Positions 12,201-21,415 of a stretch of 64,000 nucleotides of DNA are shown piece after piece. The stretch comes from a virus, in the IMG/VR virus record IMGVR_UViG_3300021138_000019, positions 10,033-74,032 of that record, one strand, 5' to 3'. Position numbers and translations under genes: made by a program. Below the pieces are notes generated by a model that saw nothing but the letters and a program-made list of their open reading frames with translations, ran no database searches and was not told the DNA's origin. Position 1 is the first letter of the stretch. Each line of letters opens with the position of its first letter.

Positions 12201-12347
12201 AGTATTCAATCTGGTGGTGTTTCAAATACTGGTGTTGGTATCTACCCTGATGGTCCTGACGTTTTAACACTTGTTGCAACTAACGTATCAACAGCCAATA
12301 TTGCAAGTATTTTAGCTCGTTATTCATGGACTGAAGCTCAAGCATAA
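9213..12347 (+). CDS. large virion structural protein
   Basis: 1044 aa, Thr/Asn/Gly rich, GGAG RBS and TAAATA upstream, within the structural block. Confidence 0.7.
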   Translation: MARKVILDTYYTFIPSSRTIIIPHVVPKERLVLITDLTTNQVIFNFSDPNLTTTAYTIGLDTTGTYPNATVTTLSLSYNTTALSATDKLSILVDEYNESFQPSETLLDPVNKLRVSTPQSLIDTDFEYSTQATKWESLARINMRPFSYYTVSTGNLNIIDIQAVNGLRTYTANTTGTTPPAVGTPITILDSLTPGADGNYIVDANNNLTNTNALGAANTFSYTGKYYYTGTSGSVYNQNVTIGFQGYAFTNSSITIASMTTSGQNVFVTTANVHGFMVGNEIAVTGVTGTNAPNGSWQVSTIINPTNFVYLCNASSIPSGTMTVTSANLYARPVGTLVHRSFDGGIRFSTNSGSHNQQFIRQTRKYFRYQSGKGIQLSTGTTLMPQFNLDGITSTGTTVTVTTKDPHNIGAQIGVQINGCNETAYNGNFTVTGVINPYQFTYTANSTPSNSPASGNYVASATTWSGASNRIGIFDDQNGMFFEYDGQTLYAVRRNAVYQISGNTWINVGSNTLNGNNTIFTKQLQPNDFVVIKGMPYRVHNIQTDSVLTVVPNIRGTQNVTNAIVSKIQDVRTPTSQFNIDRLDGTGPSGYKIDLTKDQMFYIDYSWYGAGFQRWGVRGPDGNVIYAHKVINNNVNYLAYMRSGNLPGRYETNSFSKTTTLVANVAATDSVITMANVANWPNTGIAVLRNNANTEYFVYTGVTTLSNGALQLTGAQRGAAYQTGNTGNTLYVTTTAGNTIVTIPASNSTYGLSNGMYVFGNNIAPQTFIQNIVANTYMILNQAPTGTGSSQVIIPPLANIAQTINVLTVTGANSLTYTGNNQGAAVPTAVELHTPQYGPEINHWGTSAIMDGGFTPDKSFIFSKGMQTPLTIYPAGGTANSMALWSFRVAPSASNGIPASALGVREIVNRMQQLPFELDAYSNGACLMTLVLNGSVSNTTAQWLNVGGSSLSQYVFHAQNTTVSGGETVFGFFLNNNLGTFGSTQNDLTQLLSLGTSIQSGGVSNTGVGIYPDGPDVLTLVATNVSTANIASILARYSWTEAQA

Positions 12348-12356
12348 AGGAAAATA

Positions 12357-12716
12357 ATGCAAACACAAGCAAAACTTCAGGTTCTGCCTGTTGTTTCTGA
12401 TATTGGTAATTTTAATTTTGCAGTAGTGCCATCAGCAGTTGTTGGTGGTGTTACTAGCAATAAGTATGCGGCTACTTCATTGACATTTAATCCTTCGACT
12501 AATGTAATAACAATGAATACATTATCAGTTCTTTCTGAGAACGTGATTACATCAAATATAAATTTTTTATCAGTAATTTCTGAGAACGTGGTTACATCAA
12601 ATATAAATTTTTTAACATCCGGATCTGTTAATGTTGCGTATTCGGGTAACATTTTTGTTGGAACAACAAGAGTTGAGTCTCAAGTACCGCACCCATTTTT
12701 ACTATCGTTTTTGTAG
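12357..12716 (+). CDS. small structural protein with internal 15-aa repeat
   Basis: AAGGA RBS; LSVLSENVITSNINF / LSVISENVVTSNINF; C-terminal HPFLL. Confidence 0.6.
   Translation: MQTQAKLQVLPVVSDIGNFNFAVVPSAVVGGVTSNKYAATSLTFNPSTNVITMNTLSVLSENVITSNINFLSVISENVVTSNINFLTSGSVNVAYSGNIFVGTTRVESQVPHPFLLSFL
12522..12611 (+). repeat. 45-bp tandem duplication (2 copies)
   Basis: Near-identical units containing tctgagaacgtg.ttacatcaaatataaattt. Confidence 0.85.
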
Positions 12717-12725
12717 GAACAAAAT

Positions 12726-13052
12726 ATGGCATTATCATATAGAGTATTAGGACAAGCCAATCCTGGTGCCGCTAATACAACTTTATACACCGTAAAGACC
12801 GGTGCTAATTGTATTATTTCTTCTATTCTCGTTTGTAATCAAGGTGCGGCTGGCGCAACATATCAAATTGGAGTTGTGCCTAACGGTCAAACATTAGGTG
12901 CAAATAATTGGATTGCTTATAACTCATTAGTTCCGACTGTAGATACAATGACTCTTACTCCTGGTATTACATTGGGGGCAAACGATGCTATCGTTGTGCA
13001 AGCAAATACTACATCAGTTGTATTTTCAGTTTTTGGATGTGAACTTTCATAA
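12726..13052 (+). CDS. small beta-rich structural/adaptor protein
   Basis: YRVLGQANP..TTLYTV...FGCE pattern; AGGA RBS. Confidence 0.6.
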   Translation: MALSYRVLGQANPGAANTTLYTVKTGANCIISSILVCNQGAAGATYQIGVVPNGQTLGANNWIAYNSLVPTVDTMTLTPGITLGANDAIVVQANTTSVVFSVFGCELS

Positions 13053-13067
13053 CAAAGGCGCATTGTT

Positions 13068-14228
13068 GTGGCAGTCATTAAAACGAAAAGATTAAGTACA
13101 AAAAATGTTGCTAATTTATCTAATTTAAATAATAGCAGGATTTCTCTTGCCTGTATAAATAAAAAATCTACTTCATATACTGGCTCTGGTGTAAAAGTTG
13201 CAGTACCTTACACAATAAATTATGTCGTAGTTGCAGGTGGCGGTGCCGGTGGTGGAGGTAATGAAGGTGGTGGTGGTGGGGCCGGCGGAGTTTTGCAAGG
13301 TACGTTACCCAATGTAGCACCAGGAACCACATATCCTATTAGCGTTGGTGGTGGAGGTTCTGGTGGAAGTCCAGGATATGCAACATTTCCTTCACCTGTT
13401 ACTGCGACAACTTATCAAGCGGCCAGGGGTTCTTCAGGGTCCCCTTCATCATTCGGACCAGTAACTGCAACAGGTGGTGGTGCGGGCGGTTCAGGAGCAC
13501 CATCGAGTGGCCTTTTGGCGATACCCTGTGCAGTAGGCACTCCAGGCGGTTCTGGAGGAGGTAACGCATATAATAACACATCAACTTTAGTCGGATTACA
13601 TTCAACAGGTACTCCAGGACAAGGAAACAGCGGAGGACAACCAAGACCGAGTCCTACGTCTCCTAACCCTACTATTGCGGCTGGAAGTGGTGGTGGTGGC
13701 GCCGGATCCGCTGGCGGTTCTGGTTTATGTACAGGACCCAAATGCAATCAACTGAACTCCGGTAGTGGTGGTTCAGGAATAACAACATCGGCAACAGGCA
13801 TTCCAAGTATTACTGTTGGTGGAGGTGGAGGTGCTGGATCAATGCAAATTAACGCACCTACAGCGGCAGGAAGTGTAGCTGGATCTGGTGGATCCGGTGG
13901 CGGAGGACCTGGTAAAAGTCCATTATTACCTGGAACAGGTGCCTTAACAGCTCCACAAGCTCCTTTATTTTCTGGTAGAGGAACTGCAGGAACTCCTGGT
14001 ACTGGCGGCGGTGGTGGTGGGGGTTTATATGGAAATTCAGCACCGACTAACCCGCCAGGAACTTTACTTGGAGTTATTGCTGGTGGTTCAGGAGGTCCTG
14101 GTGTGGTGTATGTTTCAGCTTTGACTGCATATTCATCATGTGCAGTAGTTTGCGGTTACGCATGTAAAGGGACTAATGGTTGCTACACATGGTGGAAGTT
14201 TACTGGCTCTGGTTCATTTAAGGCCTAG
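13068..14228 (+). CDS. glycine-rich domain structural protein
   Basis: YVVVAGGGAGG, GGSGG repeats, FTGSGSF end; paralogue of 7671..8630. Confidence 0.7.
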   Translation: MAVIKTKRLSTKNVANLSNLNNSRISLACINKKSTSYTGSGVKVAVPYTINYVVVAGGGAGGGGNEGGGGGAGGVLQGTLPNVAPGTTYPISVGGGGSGGSPGYATFPSPVTATTYQAARGSSGSPSSFGPVTATGGGAGGSGAPSSGLLAIPCAVGTPGGSGGGNAYNNTSTLVGLHSTGTPGQGNSGGQPRPSPTSPNPTIAAGSGGGGAGSAGGSGLCTGPKCNQLNSGSGGSGITTSATGIPSITVGGGGGAGSMQINAPTAAGSVAGSGGSGGGGPGKSPLLPGTGALTAPQAPLFSGRGTAGTPGTGGGGGGGLYGNSAPTNPPGTLLGVIAGGSGGPGVVYVSALTAYSSCAVVCGYACKGTNGCYTWWKFTGSGSFKA

Positions 14229-14272
14229 AGTTAATATAGTTTAACTAAATACCACATAAGGAGATTTAGTAA

Positions 14273-15043
14273 ATGGCAATACAAAGCAGAACAGATTTCA
14301 CCAACTATTGTTTACGTAGGTTAGGTGCTCCTGTGCTTGAAATTAACGTTGATCATGATCAAGTTCAAGATCGTATTGATGATGCTCTTCAATATTGGCA
14401 AGACTATCATTATGACGGTATTCAAAAATGTTATTGGGTTAAAACAATTACCGATACAGACGTAACGAATCAATACTTGGATGCATCAACAGCAGTAGAT
14501 TCGAATAATAATCCAATTCAAATTATTGGTATTTCAAGAATTTTTCCATATAATGATTCTCAGGCAAATGTCAATATGTTTGATCTAAGATATCAATTGC
14601 GGTTAAATGAATTATATGATTTTACATCCGCATCATACGTTAATTTTACACTAACACAACAACACTTACGATCACTAGAACTTATGTTTACTGGTGAAGT
14701 ACCAATTCGGTTCAATAGACATATGCAACGACTTTATATTGATCAAGCATGGGGACAACAAGAATGCCCTTCTGGTTCCGTAGTGATTGCCGAATGTTAT
14801 GCAATTATTGATCCGGATACATATAATCTTGTTTGGGATGACCGTTGGCTAAAATTATATGCAACCGCACTAATCAAACAGCAATGGGGTAGAAATCTTT
14901 CAAAATTTTCAGGTCTTCAATTGCCAGGCGGTGTAAAATTGGATGGTCAAAAAATGGATGATGATGCGGCTGCTGAGATAAAATATCTACAAGAACAAAT
15001 GCAAAATGAATATGGCGCTCCTCTTGAATGGTTTATGAATTAA
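14273..15043 (+). CDS. gp13: neck protein gp13
   Basis: YCLRRLGAPVLEINV, QWGRNLSKF..LPGGV; synteny before gp14/gp15. Confidence 0.92.
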   Translation: MAIQSRTDFTNYCLRRLGAPVLEINVDHDQVQDRIDDALQYWQDYHYDGIQKCYWVKTITDTDVTNQYLDASTAVDSNNNPIQIIGISRIFPYNDSQANVNMFDLRYQLRLNELYDFTSASYVNFTLTQQHLRSLELMFTGEVPIRFNRHMQRLYIDQAWGQQECPSGSVVIAECYAIIDPDTYNLVWDDRWLKLYATALIKQQWGRNLSKFSGLQLPGGVKLDGQKMDDDAAAEIKYLQEQMQNEYGAPLEWFMN

Positions 15044-15044
15044 T

Positions 15045-15932
15045 ATGGCAGTTAATCATTACTTCAATAATTACGGAAGTCTATCTGAACAAAGAATCAT
15101 TGAAGATTTAATTGTTGAATCCGTTAAGGTAATGGGCTTTGATGCTCAATATTTACCTAATGATAACAATCAAGCAAGAGATTTGTTATACGGTGAAGAT
15201 CCAGTAAAACAATTTACATCCGCATTTACGGTTGAGATGTTTCTACAAAACTCGACAGAATATGGCGGTGAACGTGAATTCTTTTCTAAATTTGGTCTAG
15301 AAATTAAAAACAATGTTACTGTGTTACTTTCAAGACGTTCATTCAATGAAAGAGTGCCACAAAATTCATATCAAAGGCCAAGAGAAGGAGATTTAGTTTA
15401 TATACCATTTTTAAACGGTACCGGTGAACTTTATGAAATTAAATTCGTTAACCAGACTAAAGACTTTTTTATGTTGGGTAGAAAATATCCTTATTTCTAT
15501 GAGCTTGAAATGGAGAAATTTAAATACTCACAAGAAGTTTTACAAACTGGTGCGCCAGATGTGGATTCTATTGTTGCACAATCGGGATACACAATTGATC
15601 TTGACGTTAATGTTGCAACGGGTAACGGAATATTTTCACATCAAGAAATTGTATTTCAATCTAATGATGCAACATTGGCTAATGCCTACGCTTATGGTAC
15701 AGTACAAGAATGGATACCGAGTGTTGGAATTTTGACCGTGAGTAATATTTTTGGTACTTTTGTTGATGGTGCAAACATTGAAGGCCTCACAAGTAATGCA
15801 AGTTATTCACTAACAACATATAATGACAAACAAAATAATACTGAGACTGAAGTTTACGACAATGAATTAATATTAGATAAAGCAAACACAATCATTGATT
15901 TCTCAGAATCAAATCCTTTTGGATCAATATAA
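15045..15932 (+). CDS. gp14: neck protein gp14
   Basis: SKFGLEI, RPREGDLVY, DFSESNPFG. Confidence 0.92.
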   Translation: MAVNHYFNNYGSLSEQRIIEDLIVESVKVMGFDAQYLPNDNNQARDLLYGEDPVKQFTSAFTVEMFLQNSTEYGGEREFFSKFGLEIKNNVTVLLSRRSFNERVPQNSYQRPREGDLVYIPFLNGTGELYEIKFVNQTKDFFMLGRKYPYFYELEMEKFKYSQEVLQTGAPDVDSIVAQSGYTIDLDVNVATGNGIFSHQEIVFQSNDATLANAYAYGTVQEWIPSVGILTVSNIFGTFVDGANIEGLTSNASYSLTTYNDKQNNTETEVYDNELILDKANTIIDFSESNPFGSI

Positions 15933-16910
15933 ATGGCTAATGTATTTTATAACAGAGTGATTAGAAAACTTGTTGTCGGATTCGGCAATTTGTTCAATAA
16001 TATAACTCTTGTTCGTTATAATCCCGATGAAACCGAAGCGCAACGTATGTTGGTTCCGATTGCGTATGCACAGAAAGAAATATACGTTCAACGTCTTGAA
16101 GGTGACCCGAATTTAGATAAAAAAGTTCAAATGACTTTACCGAGAATGTCATTTGAGATGACCGGTTTTAAATACGACGCTAGTAGAAAACAAAATACAA
16201 ATATTAAAAACTTTGCCAGCAACGGTACTGGTTTGGCAACTCAATATAATCCTGTACCTTACGACTTTGATTTTGCTTTAAATATCTATGTTAGGAATAT
16301 TGAAGACGGAACTCAAATAATTGAACATATTTTACCGTTTTTCACACCAGATTATACAATAAAACTCAACTTGATTCCAGAAATGGGTATCTCCAAAGAA
16401 ATACCAGTTATTTTAAATTCGACAGATCAAGAAATAGTATATGAAGGTAATAGAGATGCGGATCCAAGAATGGTTATTTGGACTCTTAATTTCACCGTTA
16501 AAGGGTTTATATATGGTGCGGTTTCGACTTCCGGTGTGATTAAAACGTCAATTACAAATATCTTAAGTGATGTTACTAGTGGTGATGTTCAATTTAATAT
16601 GTCAAACTCTGGTGTTGGCTATTATAAAACAGGTGAGATGTTGTATCAAGGTTATTCTTTAAATACTGCTACAGCAACTGCGGTAGTAGTTAATTGGTCA
16701 AACACAACTCATATACTTACTGCAACAAATGTTTCTGGTAATTTTATTTCAAATGAACCTATTATTGGTGCAGTAACAAATTCATCATATAATTTTACTT
16801 CTTTTGTTTTGACTCCTCATACTTATGCACAAATTGTTACAAATCCTTCACCTAATACTGCTACTGCAAATTCTGCATACACATATAATACTGTTATAAC
16901 TGAATCTTAA
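15933..16910 (+). CDS. gp15: tail sheath stabiliser/completion protein gp15
   Basis: FGNLFNNI, LPRMSFE, QIIEHILPFFTP. Confidence 0.92.
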   Translation: MANVFYNRVIRKLVVGFGNLFNNITLVRYNPDETEAQRMLVPIAYAQKEIYVQRLEGDPNLDKKVQMTLPRMSFEMTGFKYDASRKQNTNIKNFASNGTGLATQYNPVPYDFDFALNIYVRNIEDGTQIIEHILPFFTPDYTIKLNLIPEMGISKEIPVILNSTDQEIVYEGNRDADPRMVIWTLNFTVKGFIYGAVSTSGVIKTSITNILSDVTSGDVQFNMSNSGVGYYKTGEMLYQGYSLNTATATAVVVNWSNTTHILTATNVSGNFISNEPIIGAVTNSSYNFTSFVLTPHTYAQIVTNPSPNTATANSAYTYNTVITES

Positions 16911-16918
16911 ATATAAAA

Positions 16919-17332
16919 ATGAATAAACTTGATAAAAATATGGAACAAATTTTTGACATTGAAACTAAAAAAACAGAGGTTGCATTAGTTGAAAAACCTA
17001 CTCCGGCCAATGTGAATGAATTTCTTCAAAATGACTTGGAAGATGCTTATCAACAGTCAAAAGAAAATCTACAAGATATTATTGAGCAAGGAAAAGATGC
17101 GATGGAAGAAATTCTAAACATTGCTAAAAATAGTCAACATCCTAGAGCATTTGAAGTATATGGTACTTTACTAAAAAATATGACTGAGGCAAATGATAGG
17201 CTTCTTAAAATTCAAAAGGAAATGAGAGAAATTAGTGAAACAAAAAACAATACATCTCAAACAAGTATTAGTAATGCTATTTTTGTAGGTTCAACTTCAG
17301 AACTCAATAAGCTACTTAAAGGTAAGCTATGA
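16919..17332 (+). CDS. gp16: terminase small subunit gp16
   Basis: HPRAFEV, IFVGSTSEL. Confidence 0.92.
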   Translation: MNKLDKNMEQIFDIETKKTEVALVEKPTPANVNEFLQNDLEDAYQQSKENLQDIIEQGKDAMEEILNIAKNSQHPRAFEVYGTLLKNMTEANDRLLKIQKEMREISETKNNTSQTSISNAIFVGSTSELNKLLKGKL

Positions 17333-19008
17333 ATACCAAAGACTCGTATCGTGATAATCCATTACTAAAAAAAGTTGGTATTGAACACCCATATACACAA
17401 GAAGAAATAGATGAGTACATAAAGTGTGCTAAAGATCCTGTCTACTTTTCAATGAATTATATTAAAATTGTTAACGTTGATGAAGGTTTAATACCGTTTA
17501 AGATGTGGGATTTTCAGAAAGACATGATTAAAATCTACCATGAAAATCGTTTTTCAATCACTAAATGTCCTCGTCAGGTTGGTAAAACAACAACATCAGT
17601 TGCATATCTTCTTTGGACCACAATTTTTACGGATTCGCAATCAGTCGCCGTTTTAGCTAATAAGGGTTCACTTGCGAGAGATATTCTTGCTAAGTATCAA
17701 TTAGCTTATGAGAATTTACCGGTTTGGTTGCAACAAGGTGTAGTTACATGGAATAAAGGTAACGTAGAACTTGAAAATGGTTCTAAGATTATTGCGGCTT
17801 CTACATCAAGCTCTGCAATTCGTGGAGGATCTTTTAACTGTGTGTTTTTAGATGAATTTGCTTTCGTTCCTAATAATATTGCGGAAGAATTCTTTAACTC
17901 AGTTTATCCTGTAATCTCTTCTGGTAAAACATCTAAGATTATTATAGTTTCAACACCTAACGGCATGAATCTATTCTACAAGTTATGGATGGATGCAATC
18001 GGTAAAAAGAACGGCTACAAACCTTTTGAAATTCATTGGTCAATGGTGCCGGGTCGTACTGAACAATGGAAAGAAGAAACAATTCGTAACACTTCTTTAC
18101 GTCAGTTCCAACAAGAGTTTGAAACAGAATTCTTAGGTTCTTCAAATACTTTGATTTCCGGCTATAAATTAGCACAGCTAAGATACATGGATGCGATTGC
18201 AGAACATGACTTAATGAAAATTTATGAACATCCTATCAAAACAGACGGTATTAAATATGTCAAAGATAGATTATATTGCATTGTTGTAGACGTTTCGGAA
18301 GGTAAAAATTTAGATAGTTCTGCGTTTTCTGTTATTGATATTTCAGATTTACCCTACAAACAAGTAGCAACTTATAAGAGTTCATCTATTACACCTTTAT
18401 TATTCCCAACTGTTATCTATAATGCGGCTAGATATTACAATGATGCTTATGTTCTGGTAGAAATAAATAATACTCCTCAAATTGCAGATACCTTACATGC
18501 GGATTTGGAGTATGAGAATTTATGGAAAGTTTTTACCGGTAACAAAAAACCACAACAATTATCAGCCGGATTTGCTAGAGGAGTTCAATTAGGACTCAAA
18601 ATGTCGCCGCAAGTTAAAAAAATTGGTACATCTAATTTAAAAACTTTGATTGAAGGTGACAAATTATTAATTAATGATTTTACAACATATTCGGAATTAA
18701 CAACATTTGTAGAAAATAAAAACACTTTTGCCGCAGAACAAGGTGCAAATGATGATTTGGTCATGGGTCTTGTGATGTTTGGATGGGCTACAACTCAACC
18801 ATACTTCAAAGAAATTGTTGCACATGATTTAAGAAAACAAGTACAACTAGAGAATATGAACCAATTTGATGATGAAACCGTTGTTGAACCTATTATGGAT
18901 GATGGTATGAGACATGACTTAGAACTTGTTGGTGGAGATTTATGGGAAGTTGCTGATGGTAGTCCAATATACAGCAGATTCATGAAAAATGCATTAAATA
19001 ACTTGTAA
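17329..19008 (+). CDS. gp17: terminase large subunit gp17
   Basis: PRQVGKTT Walker A, FLDEFAF Walker B, STPNG, DDLVM nuclease motif. Confidence 0.97.
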   Translation: MNTKDSYRDNPLLKKVGIEHPYTQEEIDEYIKCAKDPVYFSMNYIKIVNVDEGLIPFKMWDFQKDMIKIYHENRFSITKCPRQVGKTTTSVAYLLWTTIFTDSQSVAVLANKGSLARDILAKYQLAYENLPVWLQQGVVTWNKGNVELENGSKIIAASTSSSAIRGGSFNCVFLDEFAFVPNNIAEEFFNSVYPVISSGKTSKIIIVSTPNGMNLFYKLWMDAIGKKNGYKPFEIHWSMVPGRTEQWKEETIRNTSLRQFQQEFETEFLGSSNTLISGYKLAQLRYMDAIAEHDLMKIYEHPIKTDGIKYVKDRLYCIVVDVSEGKNLDSSAFSVIDISDLPYKQVATYKSSSITPLLFPTVIYNAARYYNDAYVLVEINNTPQIADTLHADLEYENLWKVFTGNKKPQQLSAGFARGVQLGLKMSPQVKKIGTSNLKTLIEGDKLLINDFTTYSELTTFVENKNTFAAEQGANDDLVMGLVMFGWATTQPYFKEIVAHDLRKQVQLENMNQFDDETVVEPIMDDGMRHDLELVGGDLWEVADGSPIYSRFMKNALNNL

Positions 19009-19077
19009 AAGTGATGGATCATAAATACCTTTATTGGTATAATATGCCAAAAAGAACATTAATTCAAGGAGAAAACA

Positions 19078-20781
19078 ATGGCGATTCAAATCTCTCCAGG
19101 CGTAAACAGTACTGAGATTGACTTAACAACAGTCGTTCCAGCAGTACTAACGACTGCTGGCGCATTTGCTGGTGACTTCCAATGGGGTCCAGTAAATAAA
19201 ACAATGCTTATTGATAGCGAAACAACTTTAGTAAAAACATTTGGTCCACCTGATGCAAACTCAGCGAATGCTTTTTTTACTGCCGCAAATTTTTTGGCGT
19301 ACGGCAATAATTTAAACGTTGCGAGATCGGCACCAACAACTGCCTACAATTCAATACACAATTCTGGTACTAGCGGAATTCAAATTGCTAACGAAGACAT
19401 TTATCTTACAAATTACTTTAATGGTAATGCAAATTCTTATGGTTGGTTTGCCGCAAGATATCCAGGAACATTAGGAAATTCTTTATCCGTTTCAATATGT
19501 GATAGTTCGGCTGGACAAGCAAGTTTTGCTTCATGGCAATATAAATCATTATTTACATCCGCACCTAGTACGTCTGCCTATGCAGGAGTAGTAGGTGGAG
19601 CAAATGATGAAATTCACATTGTTGTTGCTGACACTGGCGGTGCAATTACTGGTACAGCCGGTACGGTATTAGAAAGTTTTGCATTTGTTTCAAAAGGTTC
19701 CGATGCAACAATAAATGGCGGTTCTAATTTCTGGAAACAAGTTATTTTTACAAATTCAAATTACATTTATGCAATGGATCCACCAGAATATGGATCAACG
19801 CATAGTTCTTGGAATACTCCATGTGCAAATAATAATTTTGTACAACTTAACTATACTGATACCGCATATCTTGCAATCGGAACAAATCCAAAACCTGCAG
19901 ACAGTGATTTAGAAACAAGTTTTGGTCTTTTTGCAAATAAAGAATATATTGATGTACAATTAATTTTAACTGGTGACTCCAGCCCAACTGTTCAAAATTA
20001 TATTAGTAGTCAAATTATTAATACGAGAAAAGATTGCGTAGGGTTCTTCTCACCACCTTCAGCAAACGTTATTAATAATTCAGGTAGTGAAGCTAGTTCG
20101 GTTGTAAATTACTTTCAAAATATTTTAAATGTACAATCATCTTACATTGTTGCAGATTCAAATTGGAAATATCAATTCGACAAATATAACAATGTTTACC
20201 GTTGGATACCTTTAAATGGTGATATTGCGGGTCTATGTGTAAACACTGATGCAGTTGCAGACCCATGGTTTTCACCAGCAGGATTTAATCGTGGAGCAAT
20301 TAAAAATGCTATTAAACTAGCATGGAATCCATCTAAACCATATAGAGATGTTCTATATGCGGCAGGTATTAATCCAATCGTTTCATTCCCTGGACAAGGT
20401 ATTGTTCTGTACGGTGATAAAACTCTTCAAGCAAAACCATCCGCATTTGACAGAATTAACGTTCGTAGATTGTTCTTGGTACTTGAAAAGGCAATTTCAA
20501 CTGCCGCACAATATTCATTATTCGAATTCAACGATGCATTTACGCAAGCACAATTTGTTAATTTAGTAACACCATTCTTGCGTGACGTTCAAGGACGCCG
20601 TGGTATTACGAGCTTTTACGTGCAATGTGATTCAACAAATAATACTCAACAAGTTATTAATGCGAATCAATTTGTTGGTAGTATCTATGTTGTACCTAAC
20701 CGTTCCACAAACTTTATTCAGTTGAATTTTGTTGCTGTTGATACAGGTGTTGATTTTTCAACGGTCGTTGGCGCAGTCTAA
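19078..20781 (+). CDS. gp18: tail sheath protein gp18
   Basis: SPGVxxxEIDLT, WFSPAGFNRG, FDRINVRRLF. Confidence 0.97.
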   Translation: MAIQISPGVNSTEIDLTTVVPAVLTTAGAFAGDFQWGPVNKTMLIDSETTLVKTFGPPDANSANAFFTAANFLAYGNNLNVARSAPTTAYNSIHNSGTSGIQIANEDIYLTNYFNGNANSYGWFAARYPGTLGNSLSVSICDSSAGQASFASWQYKSLFTSAPSTSAYAGVVGGANDEIHIVVADTGGAITGTAGTVLESFAFVSKGSDATINGGSNFWKQVIFTNSNYIYAMDPPEYGSTHSSWNTPCANNNFVQLNYTDTAYLAIGTNPKPADSDLETSFGLFANKEYIDVQLILTGDSSPTVQNYISSQIINTRKDCVGFFSPPSANVINNSGSEASSVVNYFQNILNVQSSYIVADSNWKYQFDKYNNVYRWIPLNGDIAGLCVNTDAVADPWFSPAGFNRGAIKNAIKLAWNPSKPYRDVLYAAGINPIVSFPGQGIVLYGDKTLQAKPSAFDRINVRRLFLVLEKAISTAAQYSLFEFNDAFTQAQFVNLVTPFLRDVQGRRGITSFYVQCDSTNNTQQVINANQFVGSIYVVPNRSTNFIQLNFVAVDTGVDFSTVVGAV

Positions 20782-20803
20782 ATAAAACAAGTAGGAGAAC
20801 ACA

Positions 20804-21352
20804 ATGACATTCAATGTAGCAGAGTTTAGAGCGCAATTAACAGGTGACGGTGCCCGCCCAAACCTATTCAATGTGACTTTAACATTACCCAATATTGTAA
20901 ACGGTGCAACCGCCGCTGGCAAAAAACTCCAGTTTATGGCTAAAGCCGCACAATTACCTGGTTCAACAGTCAATAACGTACCACTTCACTATTTCGGTCG
21001 TGAAGTGAAATTCGCTGGAAACAGAACTTTTGCAGATTGGACATTAACAATTATAAATGATGAAGATTTTTTAATCCGCTCATCAATGGAAAATTGGTTA
21101 AACGCAATCAACAGTCATGCTGGAAACTTGCGTGCCGCAAATGCACAAGGTCCATCTAACTATACCACTGATGCTACTGTAACACAATACAGTAAAGCGG
21201 GAGCTGACATTCAAGCATATAATTTTGTTGGTATGTTCCCTGTCGATATTTCAACGATTGATTTAAACTGGGATTCAACAGATTCAATTGAAGAATATAC
21301 AGTAACGTTTACTTATCAATACTGGACTAATACTGCAAGTACGGACGCTTAA
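20804..21352 (+). CDS. gp19: tail tube protein gp19
   Basis: GARPNLF, AGNRTFADW, IEEYTVTFTYQYW. Confidence 0.95.
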   Translation: MTFNVAEFRAQLTGDGARPNLFNVTLTLPNIVNGATAAGKKLQFMAKAAQLPGSTVNNVPLHYFGREVKFAGNRTFADWTLTIINDEDFLIRSSMENWLNAINSHAGNLRAANAQGPSNYTTDATVTQYSKAGADIQAYNFVGMFPVDISTIDLNWDSTDSIEEYTVTFTYQYWTNTASTDA

Positions 21353-21415
21353 TTATTCTTTGAAGACCTTAATTGGTCTTCTCTATGTTTTTTTGTGAAA
21401 TGATAAAAAGGTAAT

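Noticed and set aside
1-14228. Diversity-generating retroelement acting on fibre genes
   Set aside because: No reverse transcriptase in the window, and the repeats are short identities rather than a long pair differing only at adenines.
7671-14228. GGT/GGC-rich runs as CRISPR or DNA repeats
   Set aside because: They are glycine codons in coding sequence; no repeat-spacer periodicity was seen anywhere in the window.
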